Origin: Felis catus
Taxonomy: Eukaryota
Length of the DNA: 64,000 nt
Direction: 5' to 3'
Assembly: GCF_018350175.1 (NCBI RefSeq)
Contig: NC_058383.1
Span: forward strand, 39,928,001 to 39,992,000
Positions 1 through 17,301 of this stretch are shown here, one piece after another. The stretch's first letter is position 1, and each line of letters begins with the position of its first letter. Both the position numbers and the translations under genes were made by a program. The notes under the pieces are model-generated. The model saw nothing but the letters and a program-made list of their open reading frames with translations. It searched no databases and was not told the DNA's origin.

Positions 1-53
1 ACGGGCCTCCTAAGCAGACACACACCCCTCCCCGACGTCCCTGCGCCACTCAC

Positions 54-6542
<6,489 letters not shown>

Positions 6543-7249
6543 CCTGGGGCGCAGAGAAGCACATGAGAAGGCCGAGGAGCCCCTGGCATCTGCGCCAGTC
6601 ACATTTCACATACGCTCAGACCCTCTGGCCCCTCTCGTGAAGCTTCTGGGGACCCCATCTCTCCTCACCCCTGCTGTCACCCAGCAGTATCCTCCCCTCC
6701 GGCACCCGTCACCATTCCTACCAAGAGTCTGTGTCATAGCTGGGGCCTCCATGATGCCCTCTACAGTAGGGTCACTGTGCCCCAGGGCCACAAGTGGGGG
6801 TGCTGTTGGCATCTCGTGAGCGGGTGGCAGATGCCGGGGATGCTGGTTACACAGCCCACGTGTGCAGGACAGCACCCACGACAGAGGGTGATCCAAACCC
6901 AAATGCTAACAGTGCTGAGCTTGAGACCCTGGGCTACCTGCGTTGCAGCATTTCTAACTGCCTGACCGTCCGTCTAACAGACTGTCCGTCTGCCAAACCC
7001 CCTTCTTTCCCAGAAACCATCCCATCTGTAGGTAGTATTTGGGGTCAGGCGCCCCTGCAGCATTGAGTGCCATTACGCAGGCACCTGTCCATCACCAGTG
7101 ACCCAGCCCTAGATAAGCCTGCCTCAGGGGACCAAGGAGGGTCCCCAACAGCCTAGGGCCTCCTCACCCAGCCGGGTCTAAGCGGGCTCCGGTGGCCAGC
7201 TAACACGCCAGCGACCCGCCAGTACCACACCCCCCTTCACAGCTGTGCC

Positions 7250-8120
7250 GGGAGCCCACGTCACGGCGCCCAAGTCACGGCGCGGCGAGCAGGGGTCCCC
7301 GAAGCGGGGGCGAGGGGGGGCAAGTCTCGGGGAGCGCATGGGTCTCCGGGGCGGGAGGGGATCTCGGGGTGGGCGAAGGTCTTAAGGGTAGACGGGGTGT
7401 CGGGGCGCGCACGGGCCTGGGGACGGACGGGGGGGTCTCAGGGTGGGCCCGGGTCTCGGGGAGCGCACGGGTCTCCGGGGCGGGAGAGTGTCTCGGGGAA
7501 GCGCGCACCCGCTCGATCTCGGAGTCTCCAGGGTGTGCTCAAGGCCCGCCCCGCCGCTGCCGCCCCGCGCCGATTCGCCACGGTCGCCGAGGCCCAGTTC
7601 CGCAAGCGGTTCGCGGACTAGAGACTGAGAGCGCGGAGCACGAGCTCCCCGCGCGCTGGCAGTGCTGCTGCTGAATTTTTCGAGCCTGCGAGGCCGGTCC
7701 CGCGGGCCGATCGCGACGAATCCGCCGCGAGGCTGGGGAAGCCGGAAGAAGCGTGGGCGAGCGGCCGCTTCTGCGCCTGCGCCGGGCGGGGCGGGGCCCT
7801 AGTGGGCGGGCGCGCGCGCCTCCGCAGACACCCGCTGAGCGCCGAGCGCGCTCCCGGCCAACTCCGGGTCCCTGAGCCGCGGCCGCCGGCTGAAAGCCGC
7901 GAGGGCTCGAGTGGTTTCGGGTCCCGATGGGCGGCTCAACAGGGGTGGGCGTCGCACGGTTCCGCGCGGGGGCCGCCAGCCGCAGGTGGCCCTGTAAATT
8001 GGCCGAAATCCACTTCCTCGGTGGTCACGTTCCAAGGGCTGCCCTCCGTCCTGACGAACGGGCGGTGGGCAGTGCCGTGGGCGATCTGGAAAGACCTCAC
8101 AGGGGAGGCGCCGCTTCAGC
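7250..8120 (-). promoter_or_regulatory. CpG-island promoter of TELO2 with probable non-coding exon 1 (candidate donor at 7508)
   Basis: Dense CpG. NRF1-like TGCGCCTGCGC at 7772-7782, ETS CCGGAAG at 7742-7748, GC boxes around 7785-7810. A candidate minus-strand donor G|GTGCGC lies at 7509/7508. The TSS cannot be determined from sequence alone. Confidence 0.7.
7320..7505. repeat. Degenerate ~18-bp GC-rich tandem repeat (GTCTCGGGGAGCGCACGG-like)
   Basis: GTCTC(G/C)GGG recurs about every 18 nt and gives the PETRAL/PETRAH/PETHAL periodicity of ORF 7275..7508. Confidence 0.65.
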
Positions 8121-8264
8121 CTCGACTGCCCTTGCGAGGGAGTCCGGGAAGGGTGTATTCATTCAGCATGCACAAATTAAATGCCTACTGCGTACAGCAA
8201 GCACTCTTCCAGGACAGAGAATGAAGAAAATAAAGTGCCCGCTCACAAGTCAGGGGCACAAGCT

Positions 8265-8490
8265 GGGGCGCCTGGGTGGCTCCGTCGGTTGAGCGTCGAC
8301 TTGGGCTCAGGGCATGATCTCCCGGTCCGTGAGTTCGAGCCCCGCGTCCGGCTTGCTGCTGTCAGCCTGTCAATGCAAAGCCCGCTTTTGGATCCTCTGT
8401 CCTCCTCTCTCTGCCCCCACCCTGAGCGCGCTCTCTCTTTCTCTCCCTCAAAAATAAATAAACGTTTTTTTTTTTTTAAGTTAAAAACAA
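8265..8490 (+). mobile_element. Can-SINE (SINEC_Fc-like)
   Basis: GGGGCGCCTGGGTGGCTCCGTCGGTTGAGCG...GTTCGAGCCCCGCG...(CT)n...AAATAAATAAA. Confidence 0.9.
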
Positions 8491-8971
8491 ATCAGGAGCA
8501 CAGCGAGATACAGGAGCGATAATGTCCGTCGGCAAAGAGAGATAAGAAAGTTCAAGCAGGCTGAGGAGTCTCCTGTTGGAAGGTTCGCCCTGGGTGCAGG
8601 CAGGAGAACGGCCGGTAGGGGGCAGCGGCGGTCGCAGGGTCGCAGGTGCGAGGCTCGTGCTGCGCAGGTATGGGCCTGGCGGTGAGGACGGCTGGCCTGA
8701 GATGCTTCTGCAGGAGCGAAGCCGATGGAGTGGGTGTGGGCTGTGACAGGTGCGAGGAGTCCAGGACGATGTCTTCCTGGGACTCGGGGAATTCCTCCCA
8801 GACCGCTTCTGGATGAGAGCCTCACTCTCGGGTTCCTACAGCAACTTCATTCAACTTCCATCCCCGTGTTTTCCCCAAGCCTATGAGACCCATAGGTGCA
8901 CAGAAGATAAACTTAAGCCTATACGTATTTGAAAAATGCCTTTGGGCCAGTTCACATTGGAGCGAGATGAA

Positions 8972-9192
8972 ATTTTTTTTTAATTTTTTAACATTTATCT
9001 CTGAGAGAGAGAGAGAGAGAGAGAGAGTGAGTGGGGGAAGGACAGGGAGAGAGGGAGACACAGAATCCGAAGCAGGCTGCAGGCTCCGAGCCGTCAGCAC
9101 AAAGCCAGATGCGGGGCTCAAAGCCACAAACCACCAGATCATGACCTGAGCCGAAGTCGGACGCTTCGCCGACGGAGCCACCCAGGCGCCCC
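8972..9192 (-). mobile_element. Can-SINE with 12-bp target-site duplication
   Basis: Full reverse SINE. GAGCGAGATGAA at 8960-8971 and 9195-9206. Confidence 0.92.
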
Positions 9193-9228
9193 ATGAGCGA
9201 GATGAACAATTTTAAATGAAACTGACTT

Positions 9229-9402
9229 GGGGGCGCCTGGGTGGCTCCATGGGTGAAGCGTCCGACCTCGGCTCAGATCATGATCTCACGGTTGGTGACA
9301 TGGGGCTCTCTGCTGTCAGTGCTTGAGACCCTCGGTCTCCCTCTCTCTCTGCCCCTTCCCCACTCAAACTTTCTCTCAAAAATAAATAAACACTGAAAAT
9401 AA
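9229..9402 (+). mobile_element. Can-SINE, internally deleted
   Basis: Head, CT tract and A-rich tail are present; the B-box region is shortened. Confidence 0.85.
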
Positions 9403-9862
9403 TTTTTACTCAGAAATGCTAAAGTGTGCTCGTGTACTTTTGGCAGCCAGCATTCAGTTCTCAGAGGAATGTCTCAGTCTTTCCCACATGACCAGGTGTT
9501 TCCTCTGCGGACACTTTTAGCATCTTCTCCGTCGTCCGTGGGGTCCTGACCCTGGAGGAGAGACCTGGCCCCCTCTGGCGTGTGGCCTTGGGGATGGTGG
9601 GTGCTTTTGGCTGTGACACCTTCCTGGATTATCTTCCCCACTTCCTTGAGTCTCACTCTCTACACTCGTGTTTTATCGGGTTGACCTCAAAGGCTGGTTT
9701 TTTTCCCTTTTCTTCCCCATCTCTTCATCTTTTTTGCCCTACTTTCTGGGCAATCACTCAAACCTTGTCTTTCAGCTTTGCGGATTTACTTATTTATTTG
9801 GAAAATCCTCGTTTTCATTTTCAAGAGCAACTTCTTCCTCTTGATTATTCCTTTTCTCCTAA

Positions 9863-9908
<46 letters not shown>

Positions 9909-10465
9909 GCCTTGCAGACACAAAGCTTTTCTTCCCTCTCCGGGGGTAGTGATTAAGATGTTTTTGAGCTTTTCCTTGGCTCTTGGCATTGTTCCGCCCG
10001 GGGAGATTTCTGTCAGCAGGTCCCAGTGTCCAGTGACCCTTAGCTGAGCCGTCACATGAAACATGAGACAGTGAAGGGCGGGAAGCTCTGTATGTGGACG
10101 AGGGGAATTTGTTTTGATAGATGGGGGAAGGGAGGTGCTTTTTGTTGGTAAGTGCAAGTTCCCCCAGGCCCGAGGAAGCTCCCGCCCTTGAGTCGCTGGA
10201 TTCTACTCCTGAGACCAACATTGCCCTGTGTGTTAATTAACTAGAGTGAAATAAAAACAAAAAAATCTAAGAGAATTTTTTTAAAATAGCTCCCACCCTC
10301 CTCCTACCTACCTGGGGGCAGGTGCCTGGCTTTGGTTGCTGCTTTCTGGAAGCTAGCGGAACCTCAGAGACCCACAAGCCAATATGTAGACATTTATTTC
10401 AATTACTCGCTTTCAGCATTAGCCTTAAAATAAGTGAACTTTGTGTATAATTTCCACTAAAATTA

Positions 10466-10683
10466 TTTTTTTTATTTTTTTAACGTTTTATTTATTTTTG
10501 AGACAAGGAGAGACAGAGCATGAACAGGGGAGGGTCAGAGAGAGGGAGACACAGAATCGGAAACAGGCTCCAGGCTCTGAGCTGTCAGCACAGAGCCCGA
10601 CGCGGGGCTCGAACTCACGGACCGCGAGATCGTGACCTGAGCCGAAGTCGGCCGCTTAACAGACTGAGCCACCCAGGCGCCCC
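10466..10683 (-). mobile_element. Young SINEC_Fc-like element
   Basis: Near-consensus reverse SINE. TAAAATTATTTTT flanks both ends (10458 and 10684). Confidence 0.93.
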
Positions 10684-10845
10684 TAAAATTATTTTTTTTA
10701 ACTGACGATGAAGGAGATTGAAAGTCACCTGACGCAGTGCACCTGCACGCACTTGCACGTCCACACATGCTTGCACACTGCAGACTTGCACACCTACACG
10801 TGCTTACATGCCTGCACACAGCTGCATATCCAGTCTTTCCCCGGG

Positions 10846-11260
10846 CAATGCTGTCCCATCACAATAGGTTGTGAGCCCCACATGTAACGTTAAGTTTTCT
10901 GTTAGCTGTACTAAAACAGTAAAAAGGTCAGGTGAAGATCATTTTAATTTTAACATGCGTGTTACGTACACAATACAAATATATATATACGTACGTCTTA
11001 AAGTAGGCTCCACACTCAACACGGGGCTTGAACTCATCACCCTGAGACCAAGAGTCACGTGTTCTACTGACTGAGCCAGCCAAGTGCCCCAAGAACATAT
11101 TTTGTTTAACCCAGTCGATCCAGAATATTACCATTTCAATGTCACATGTAACGTACGATGCTTAGTGAGATCTTTCACATTCTTTTCTCGTATGAAGTCC
11201 TGTAATCCAGTGTGGGTTTCATTACACCCGTGGTGCAGTGCAATTCCGACCAGTCACATG
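10846..11260. mobile_element. MER33-like hAT-Charlie DNA transposon fossil with a short Can-SINE (about 10975-11088, -) inserted
   Basis: GCTGTCCCAT...TAAAAAGGTCAGGTGAAG...TTTAACCCAGTCGATCCAGAATATTACCATTTCAA...GAGATCTTTCACATTCTTTT resembles the MER33 consensus as recalled. Confidence 0.65.
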
Positions 11261-11499
11261 GCAGGAAAGGGGGGGGGTGGCTCCGGGGTCAGACGGCTCG
11301 GCTCCAGAGAGCCACCTGACCACATCCCGCGGCAGAGCTGACGTGCAGAGGAGTCGCCAGCTGCAGGAGGTCAAGCAGGCACTGGGGACCCGGCAGCTCT
11401 GTGTCCAGATTCACGCGAGTCTCTTCACTGAAGCCTGTGCCGTGTCCCAGCCTCCCCACCATCCCTGGACACCCCTAGCCTCTCAAACCTCCGTGTCAC

Positions 11500-11900
11500 A
11501 AGCCGCATGGTGGTTCCCAAAAAGTAGATCCAAGTTCATGAATGCAAGCTTATTCAGAGAAAGAGTCTTGGTGGATGTAATTAAGTTACAGACCTCAAGA
11601 TCGTAATGGATTATGCAAGTGGGCCCGAATCCAGGGAGCAGTGTAACTTACAAGAGACAGAAGGGCAGAGACACGGGGGAGAAGGCCGTGGGAAGACAGA
11701 GGAAGAGAGTGGGGTGACATGGCCACTAGGAGAGCCAGGGGCTGGACCAGGCAGGAGGGTCCTCCCCTGAAGCCTTGGGGAGGAAGGAGAAGGGCCCTGG
11801 GACGCTGGTCTCCAGAACTACAAGAGAATAAACTTCCGTTGTTTTAAGCTCCCCTGTGGCGGTCACTGGTTACACTAGCACAGCCATCGGCCTAAATAAA
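11500..11900 (+). mobile_element. MLT1 (MaLR) solo LTR
   Basis: GATGTAATTAAGTT...GACCTCAAGAT...CTCCAGAACTACAAGAGAATAAACTTCCGTTGTTTTAAGC, typical MLT1A-C blocks. Confidence 0.8.
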
Positions 11901-12194
11901 TGGGGCAGGTGGGGACCTCATCCCAGGGCCAGCTGTAGGGACCGAGACGCAGGGAAGAAGCAGGATAAAAGCACGGTCAGTTCAACACGCGGCTGTGCTC
12001 AGACATGCAAGGCTCCTCTGCCCCCCAGGTGCCCCTTCGATGGCAGCAAAATGACAAAGGTGAAGGAGCCCAGGGCCAGGGGAACACAAGGGACAGAGAC
12101 AGCAGCAGGAGCAAGGATCCAACGTGGCCTGGGAGAGTGATAGGTGGAGGGTGGAGCACGGGGAGCCCCAGAGGGCCGGAAGTGCGGCAGCGTC

Positions 12195-12535
12195 CTGGGC
12201 AGCAGCCTATGGCCAGTAACCAGTGGAGGTCCAAGGTCAAGGTCCTCAAGGCTCCAGGGGGAGGACCCTTCCTGCCTCGTCCGGCCCCTGGCTCTCCTGG
12301 TGGCCACGTCACCCCAGTCTCTGCCTCCGTCTTCCCATGGCCTCCCCGCCGTGTATTCGCCTCTTCTGTCTCTTCTAAGGACACCCTAATTCAGCATGGT
12401 CTCATCGCCAGACCCTTAATGACACCCGCAAGGGTCTTTTTTCCATACAGATTCCCATTCACAGGCACAAGGCAATTCACAGAGTTAGGACTCAGACCTA
12501 CCCTTTCGGGGACCACCATGCAGCCCACCACACAA
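12195..12535 (-). mobile_element. MLT1 (MaLR) solo LTR
   Basis: GGAGGTCCAAGGTCAAGG...TCTCTTCTAAGGACACC...AGGGTCTTTTTTCCATA...GTTAGGACTCAGAC, reverse MLT1 blocks. Confidence 0.8.
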
Positions 12536-12993
12536 CCTACACCCCAAAATAAGTTAAGACGTCTCCCAACCCCGTCCTCTGCCTTATCCAGAGGAGAGAG
12601 ATGGGCCTCATGGGACTAGCACGCTGGGCCCCACCGCAGACCTGGCCCCGGGGGCTCCCTGGCCCTGGCTGGGCCCTGTCCTGTTTCCGCTTCCCTTTGG
12701 TGGGAACACGAGTCCGTGCGTCCCTGCTAAAGCCATCACCTCCGTCTGCCTCTGAGCCAGCCAGGCTAGGGCTCTCACCCAGAAGAATTATTTTCCGGAG
12801 AAACTGTTTGCCTCTGTTTTTAAGCTCGTGTCCTTGGGACACGTGACCATCTCCCCAGAGCTCTCCGGCTGGCGGACAGATGCTTTGCACGAAGGTGGTG
12901 GAGGGAGGAAGCTCGCTCCCGTGGCACTCGAGCAGGGCTGTGGGTGGTGAAGGAGCACACAGCAGACGACCTCGTCCTGTGCGCGTCCTCGGG

Positions 12994-15900
12994 ATGGGTG
13001 GCCCGCGGACGACCCTGTCTGTCTTCCTTATTTTTGTGTCTGGGTATCTGCACGGGGTTCTGTCTCAGGAAGCCGGCCCTGCAGCGCAAAGAAAACCATT
13101 TTTCGAGAGGCTCCGCAGGCTAGAAGAGCAGGTAAGGGTGCCCAGTTACGCGGGGCAGTTGATGGTGTCACAGAAACAGAGTTGGAAGTTGTCGGCGCTC
13201 TGGGGACCCAAACGTGGAGTCCTCGGTTCTTCCGTTCAGCCGATGCTATTGTCGCCTGTGGTTGGAAAGCAGCACAGAAGGCTTCTTAGGCTCTGTTATG
13301 AAGATAAGCCAAGTGACCATGGGACTGGGTGGGCGTCGGGCTGGGAGGGGGCACGGGGAGCTCTGGGGAGTGCAGCTGGAGGGGCACAGGGTCACGGGGG
13401 AGCAGGACCCTGAGGGTCACAGGGCTGGGGGACGTGGGGCGGAGGGGGCATGGGAGCCCGAAGCCCTCGCCCCACCTAGTGCAGCCCGGGGCCCTTGGGT
13501 TGGTCACCCACGTCTCTGAGCTCGGCCGCCCCGGGGCCGCGGTAATCGGCCCACCCCTCGGCAGCGGCCTGGGGATCACATCAGTGCGGAGCACGGCCAG
13601 GGCTTGGTAGGCGCCCAGACGCATGAGTGGGAAGTCATGTGCCGCGTCCTCCCCGGCCCTCGGCCCTTGTGATGGCTGTGTGTCCTCTCTCTAGTTTCGG
13701 AGGCTCCAAGAGGTGACCCTCACACACCTGCGGGGCCTTGCCAGCAACTACAACCTGTCCTACGACATTGACACTCGGTTCCAGAGCCTGGCCCTGGAGA
13801 CCCAGGCCGTGGCCTTGGCCGTGAACCGGTCACAGGCCGCCGTGCAGGGTGACCTGAGCCGCCTCAAGACCTGGATGCAGAAGTCACAGCGCAGGAGCCG
13901 GAAGCTGGACTCCAGGCTGCTGGCCTTGGACTCCGCCCTGAGTGACAGGGACAGGCAGCTGGCCCAGGCGGGGAAGGAGCGGGAGGCACAGGGGGATGGC
14001 CTCGCCAGCCTGGGCCTGGCTCTGCGGGCCCTGCAGGACACGGTGGCCGGCCTCACGCACCTGGTGCAGAGCCAGGGCGCCAGGCTGGCTGCTCTCGAGG
14101 GACGGCTGCAGGTGGCCGGTCCTGGCGCCGTGGCCCCGGGGCCGACTCCGGCCCTGCCCCCGCCCCTGCCCCCTCCGCTGCCCCTGCCCCAGCTGGGGCT
14201 GCCAAGCCCAGGCTCCCCGAAGCTGCAGAGGGGCGGGCAGGCGCTCAGAGCTCCGCCTGAGCCCGGGGACCCACCTCAGGACTTCACCGGCCGTCTCCAG
14301 GGGACGCGGGAGCCACCAGGTCCAGGCAGCCGGCGGACCCGGCCACCCGAGAGACCAGGAGAGAGTAAGTACCATGGCCCGCCCTTCCCCCGCTGGTGCC
14401 TCCTTGGGCCTCCGGTCCCCTCTGAACAGCCTTCTCCCCAGAGCTGTGCGGAGAGGACACTGGCCTCACAGTCGCACCTGCTGGCGGGAAGGAGGGGGCC
14501 GTGCAGGGGATGGTCTGTCTGCGGATCCCCCGCAGCCTGGCCGTTAGGGACAGATGGGCACACAGGACTGGGGCGCCACCCGGGGTAAACGCCCCTTCAT
14601 TCTTGAGTCCAGTGGGCCAGCGAGTTAGAGATGTAGGTCCGCAGCCTGCCAATCGGGACCTCGGAGCAGGTACAGCCGCCCCGGGCCCACCCCCCCCCAC
14701 CATGGACCCTTGGTTAGGCAGACCTGAAGGGCAATGACCCCAAAGATGTTCAGGTCCTGATCCCTGGGCCCTGTGGATGCGTCACCTCACACAGCAAGGG
14801 GAACTTCCGTCTGCGATGACGCATCCTGAGATGGGAGGGGATCCGGGATTATCCCTTCTAGGGGAGGCAGGAAGGTCAGGATCAGAGAAGGAGGTGTGAC
14901 CCCAGGGGCAAAGTTTAGACGGATGTACGGGAGGGGCCGTGAGCCACGGAGTGGGGGCATCGCTAGACTGGAAGGGCAGCAAAGGAACCACGGCTGCCCA
15001 CGCTGTGAGTTGAGTCCAGGGGAGAGACCCGCGTCTGGCTTTTGACCTCCAACCTACAGACCCGGAAGACACTGAATTTGTGTGGTTTTGAGCCTCTAAG
15101 TTGTGGGGCTCCCTTACAGCAGCCCCGGGGGGCTCAGTTCTGCCCAGTTGTGTGACTGCCCCAGCTCCCGGTGTCCCCGGCTGCGAGACAGGCTGGTGGT
15201 TCGGCCGCAAGGACCAACAGGGCCGTGCACAGCCACCCTCGTAGTTACTGCTTGAGGCAGGTCGGCCACGGGGTCTGTGGCCTGTGCCCCACAGCAAGGG
15301 CAGTGCCCGCGGTCGTGGGTGCTTCTGCGGCCCCCTGGTGCCCGGGCTGACTCTCCCGTCTGTCCCCAGCCTGCAACGTGGGCCCCGTGCTCGTCTTCCC
15401 CAACGCCTCCACCCAGAACGTCGCCTTCCTGAGCCCCGGCTTCCCCGCAGGCCTGCGGGCCCTGTCTGTCTGCAGCTGGGTCCGCGTGGCCTCGGGCCAC
15501 CTGGGCACCCTGCTCTCCTACGCCACCGAGGAGAATGACAACAAGCTCGTGCTGCACGGCAGGGACTCCCTGGTCCCTGGCTCTGTCCACTTCGTGATCG
15601 GAGACCCGGCCTTCAGGGAGCTGCCCCTGCAGCCACTGCTGGACGGCCAGTGGCACCACGTGTGTGTCATCTGGACGTCCACGCTGGGCAGGTACTGGCT
15701 CCACGTAGACCGCAGGCTAGTGGCCACCGGCTCCCGCTTCAGGGAGGGCTACGAGATCCCTCCAGGGGGGTCCCTTGTGCTGGGCCAGGAGCAAGACAGC
15801 GTGGGGGGTGGGTTTGACAGCTCCGAGGCCTTCGTGGGGAGCGTGGCGGGCCTGGCCATATGGGACCGGGCGCTGGTCCCCGGGGAGGTGGCAAGCCTCG

Positions 15901-16010
15901 CCACAGGGAGGGGGCTCCCTCCGGGCGCTATCCTCACGCTGGACGACGCCCACCGGGTGGGCGGATTCGTGCAGAGGGTGAACTGCAGCTGCCTGGCGCT
16001 CTGTCCCTGA
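12994..16010 (+). CDS. PTX4: Pentraxin-4 (long pentraxin), complete, 482 aa
   Basis: Exons 12994-13131, 13695-14364 and 15370-16010 (1449 nt, GT-AG, in frame). Signal peptide [21 protein letters not shown], then [14 protein letters not shown]|FRRLQEVT, a coiled coil, and a pentraxin domain with WHHVCVIW and LVLGQEQD, ending CSCLALCP*. Confidence 0.97.
14735..15135 (+). mobile_element. MLT1D-like LTR in PTX4 intron 2
   Basis: CCCCAAAGATGTTCAGGTCCTGATCCCTGG...GACCTCCAACCTACAG...TGTGTGGTTTTGAGCCTCTAAGTTGTGG...TTACAGCAGCCCC. Confidence 0.75.
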
Positions 16011-16559
16011 GGCTTTGTTCTCGGGCTGGACGGGGACAGCCTGAGCAACACCAGCCACCTGTCCCCCGGCCCCAGCACCCCCCCCCCCGTAGAGGGCCCC
16101 CTCCCAGACTGGGGAGGGGACAGGGCAGCGTGGAGGGAGGGGGGGCAGGCCACCGGGCAGAGCGGGGCTGTGGGAGGATGGCAGGCAGGGACAGAATGGG
16201 CTGTGACACCATGCCAGCTGGGCCCCACCTGCCAGCAGGGAGCGCAGGACTCCAGTGGAGACTCTCTGGGCTGGGGCTGCCGATGGAGAACCCCATTTTC
16301 CTGGAAACAGTGTGGGTGCATTTGGACTACCGTGGGCCTCTCTAAGGCGGCTTATGGAAGAGTCCTTCTGGGCTGTCCTTGCTCCTGTTTCCCTCGTGGA
16401 GAGGACCAGGGATCCATTTCCTGCCCCAGGGCTCCACTGCCCTATGCCGGGTGCCCTGGGGGTTCCCTTAAGGTGCTGTGGTGGCTGGAGAGGCTGCCAG
16501 AGCCGTCGGGACGGGGGACCCACAAAGGGAGCAGGCTATTCAGGAACGAACGGCAGCCT

Positions 16560-17060
16560 CGCCGGACCCTCACCGGAGCGCGTGTCACCAAGTTCACCCG
16601 TGTCACGGGCGCAGTTCAAAGATGATCAGCGAGTTTACCGAGCTGGGCAACCGCCACTGCGTTCCACTTTGAGGGGGTTTCCACGGCCCCTCACCCGCAA
16701 ACCATGCCTGTTGGTGGTCGCTCCTGCCGCCCCAGCCGCCGCGACCACAGAGCGACTCCCCGTCTCGGCCGACCTGCCTGGACGTCGGACATCTCTCGTG
16801 ATGGAATCCCACTCCGTGTCTGCCTCTGCCGCTGAGCCCCCCGGCCTCGCCCACAAGGCAGCACGTCAGGCACCCGTCCTCTGCTGTGCCCGCCCCCACC
16901 AGCTGATGGGCACTGGGGTTGTGTCCAGGCTTCGGCTTCAGCGAATAAAGCTGCTCCGGGAATTGTCACGTGAGTCCCTGTGCAGACACGCACTCCCGTT
17001 CCCTCGAGTGGGCACCCGGGAGGAGGTTTTCGGGGCCACATGGTGGGGCGGTGTTTACTG
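16560..17060 (-). mobile_element. Ancient L1M 3'-end fossil, strongly GC-shifted
   Basis: Block order matches the antisense L1M 3' end (GCAACC...GGACATCTC...GATGGAATC...CTGATGGGCACTGGGGTTGTGTCCA...GAATAAAGCTGCT). Confidence 0.65.
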
Positions 17061-17301
17061 TGTTGACATCGTAGGGTGATGGACATTAACCCCTCCGGGA
17101 GTGGAGATGCCCAAACCGAGGAGGAGCCAAACCCAGGCTCACAGAATCAGGAAGGAGTCAGTGTAGACAGAACAGGCCAGTCGCCCCCTCCCCCCCACCC
17201 TGCCCCACGTGGGAGAGGTGTGGAATCACTGAGTTTGGAAACGGGCTGGGTTCTCAGCACTCCCCCTGTTGAGTTTTATTTATTTTTTAAAGATTTTATT
17301 T

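Larger units (their letters stand above)
8850..10260 (-). mobile_element. Ancient HAL1/L1 ORF1-like fossil interrupted by two SINEs and a T40 run
   Basis: The minus strand reads ...GTTGCTCTTGAAAATGAAAAC...CCCAGAAAGTAGGGCAAAAAAGATGAAGAGATGG...CTTTAGCATTTCTGAGTAAAAATTATTTTCAG, resembling the HAL1 consensus as recalled. Boundaries are approximate. Confidence 0.55.

Noticed and set aside
9786-10221. Poly-Lys and poly-Phe ORFs
   Set aside because: They are translations of the T40 homopolymer.
10735-10830. TGCAC-rich stretch resembling clustered metal-response elements
   Set aside because: Low-complexity (CA/TGCA) degenerate repeat about 2 kb from either promoter, with no support for function.
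12880-12993. Upstream in-frame ATG extending PTX4 by 38 aa
   Set aside because: It would displace the signal peptide. The ATG at 12994 matches the orthologous start. It cannot be fully excluded without TSS data.
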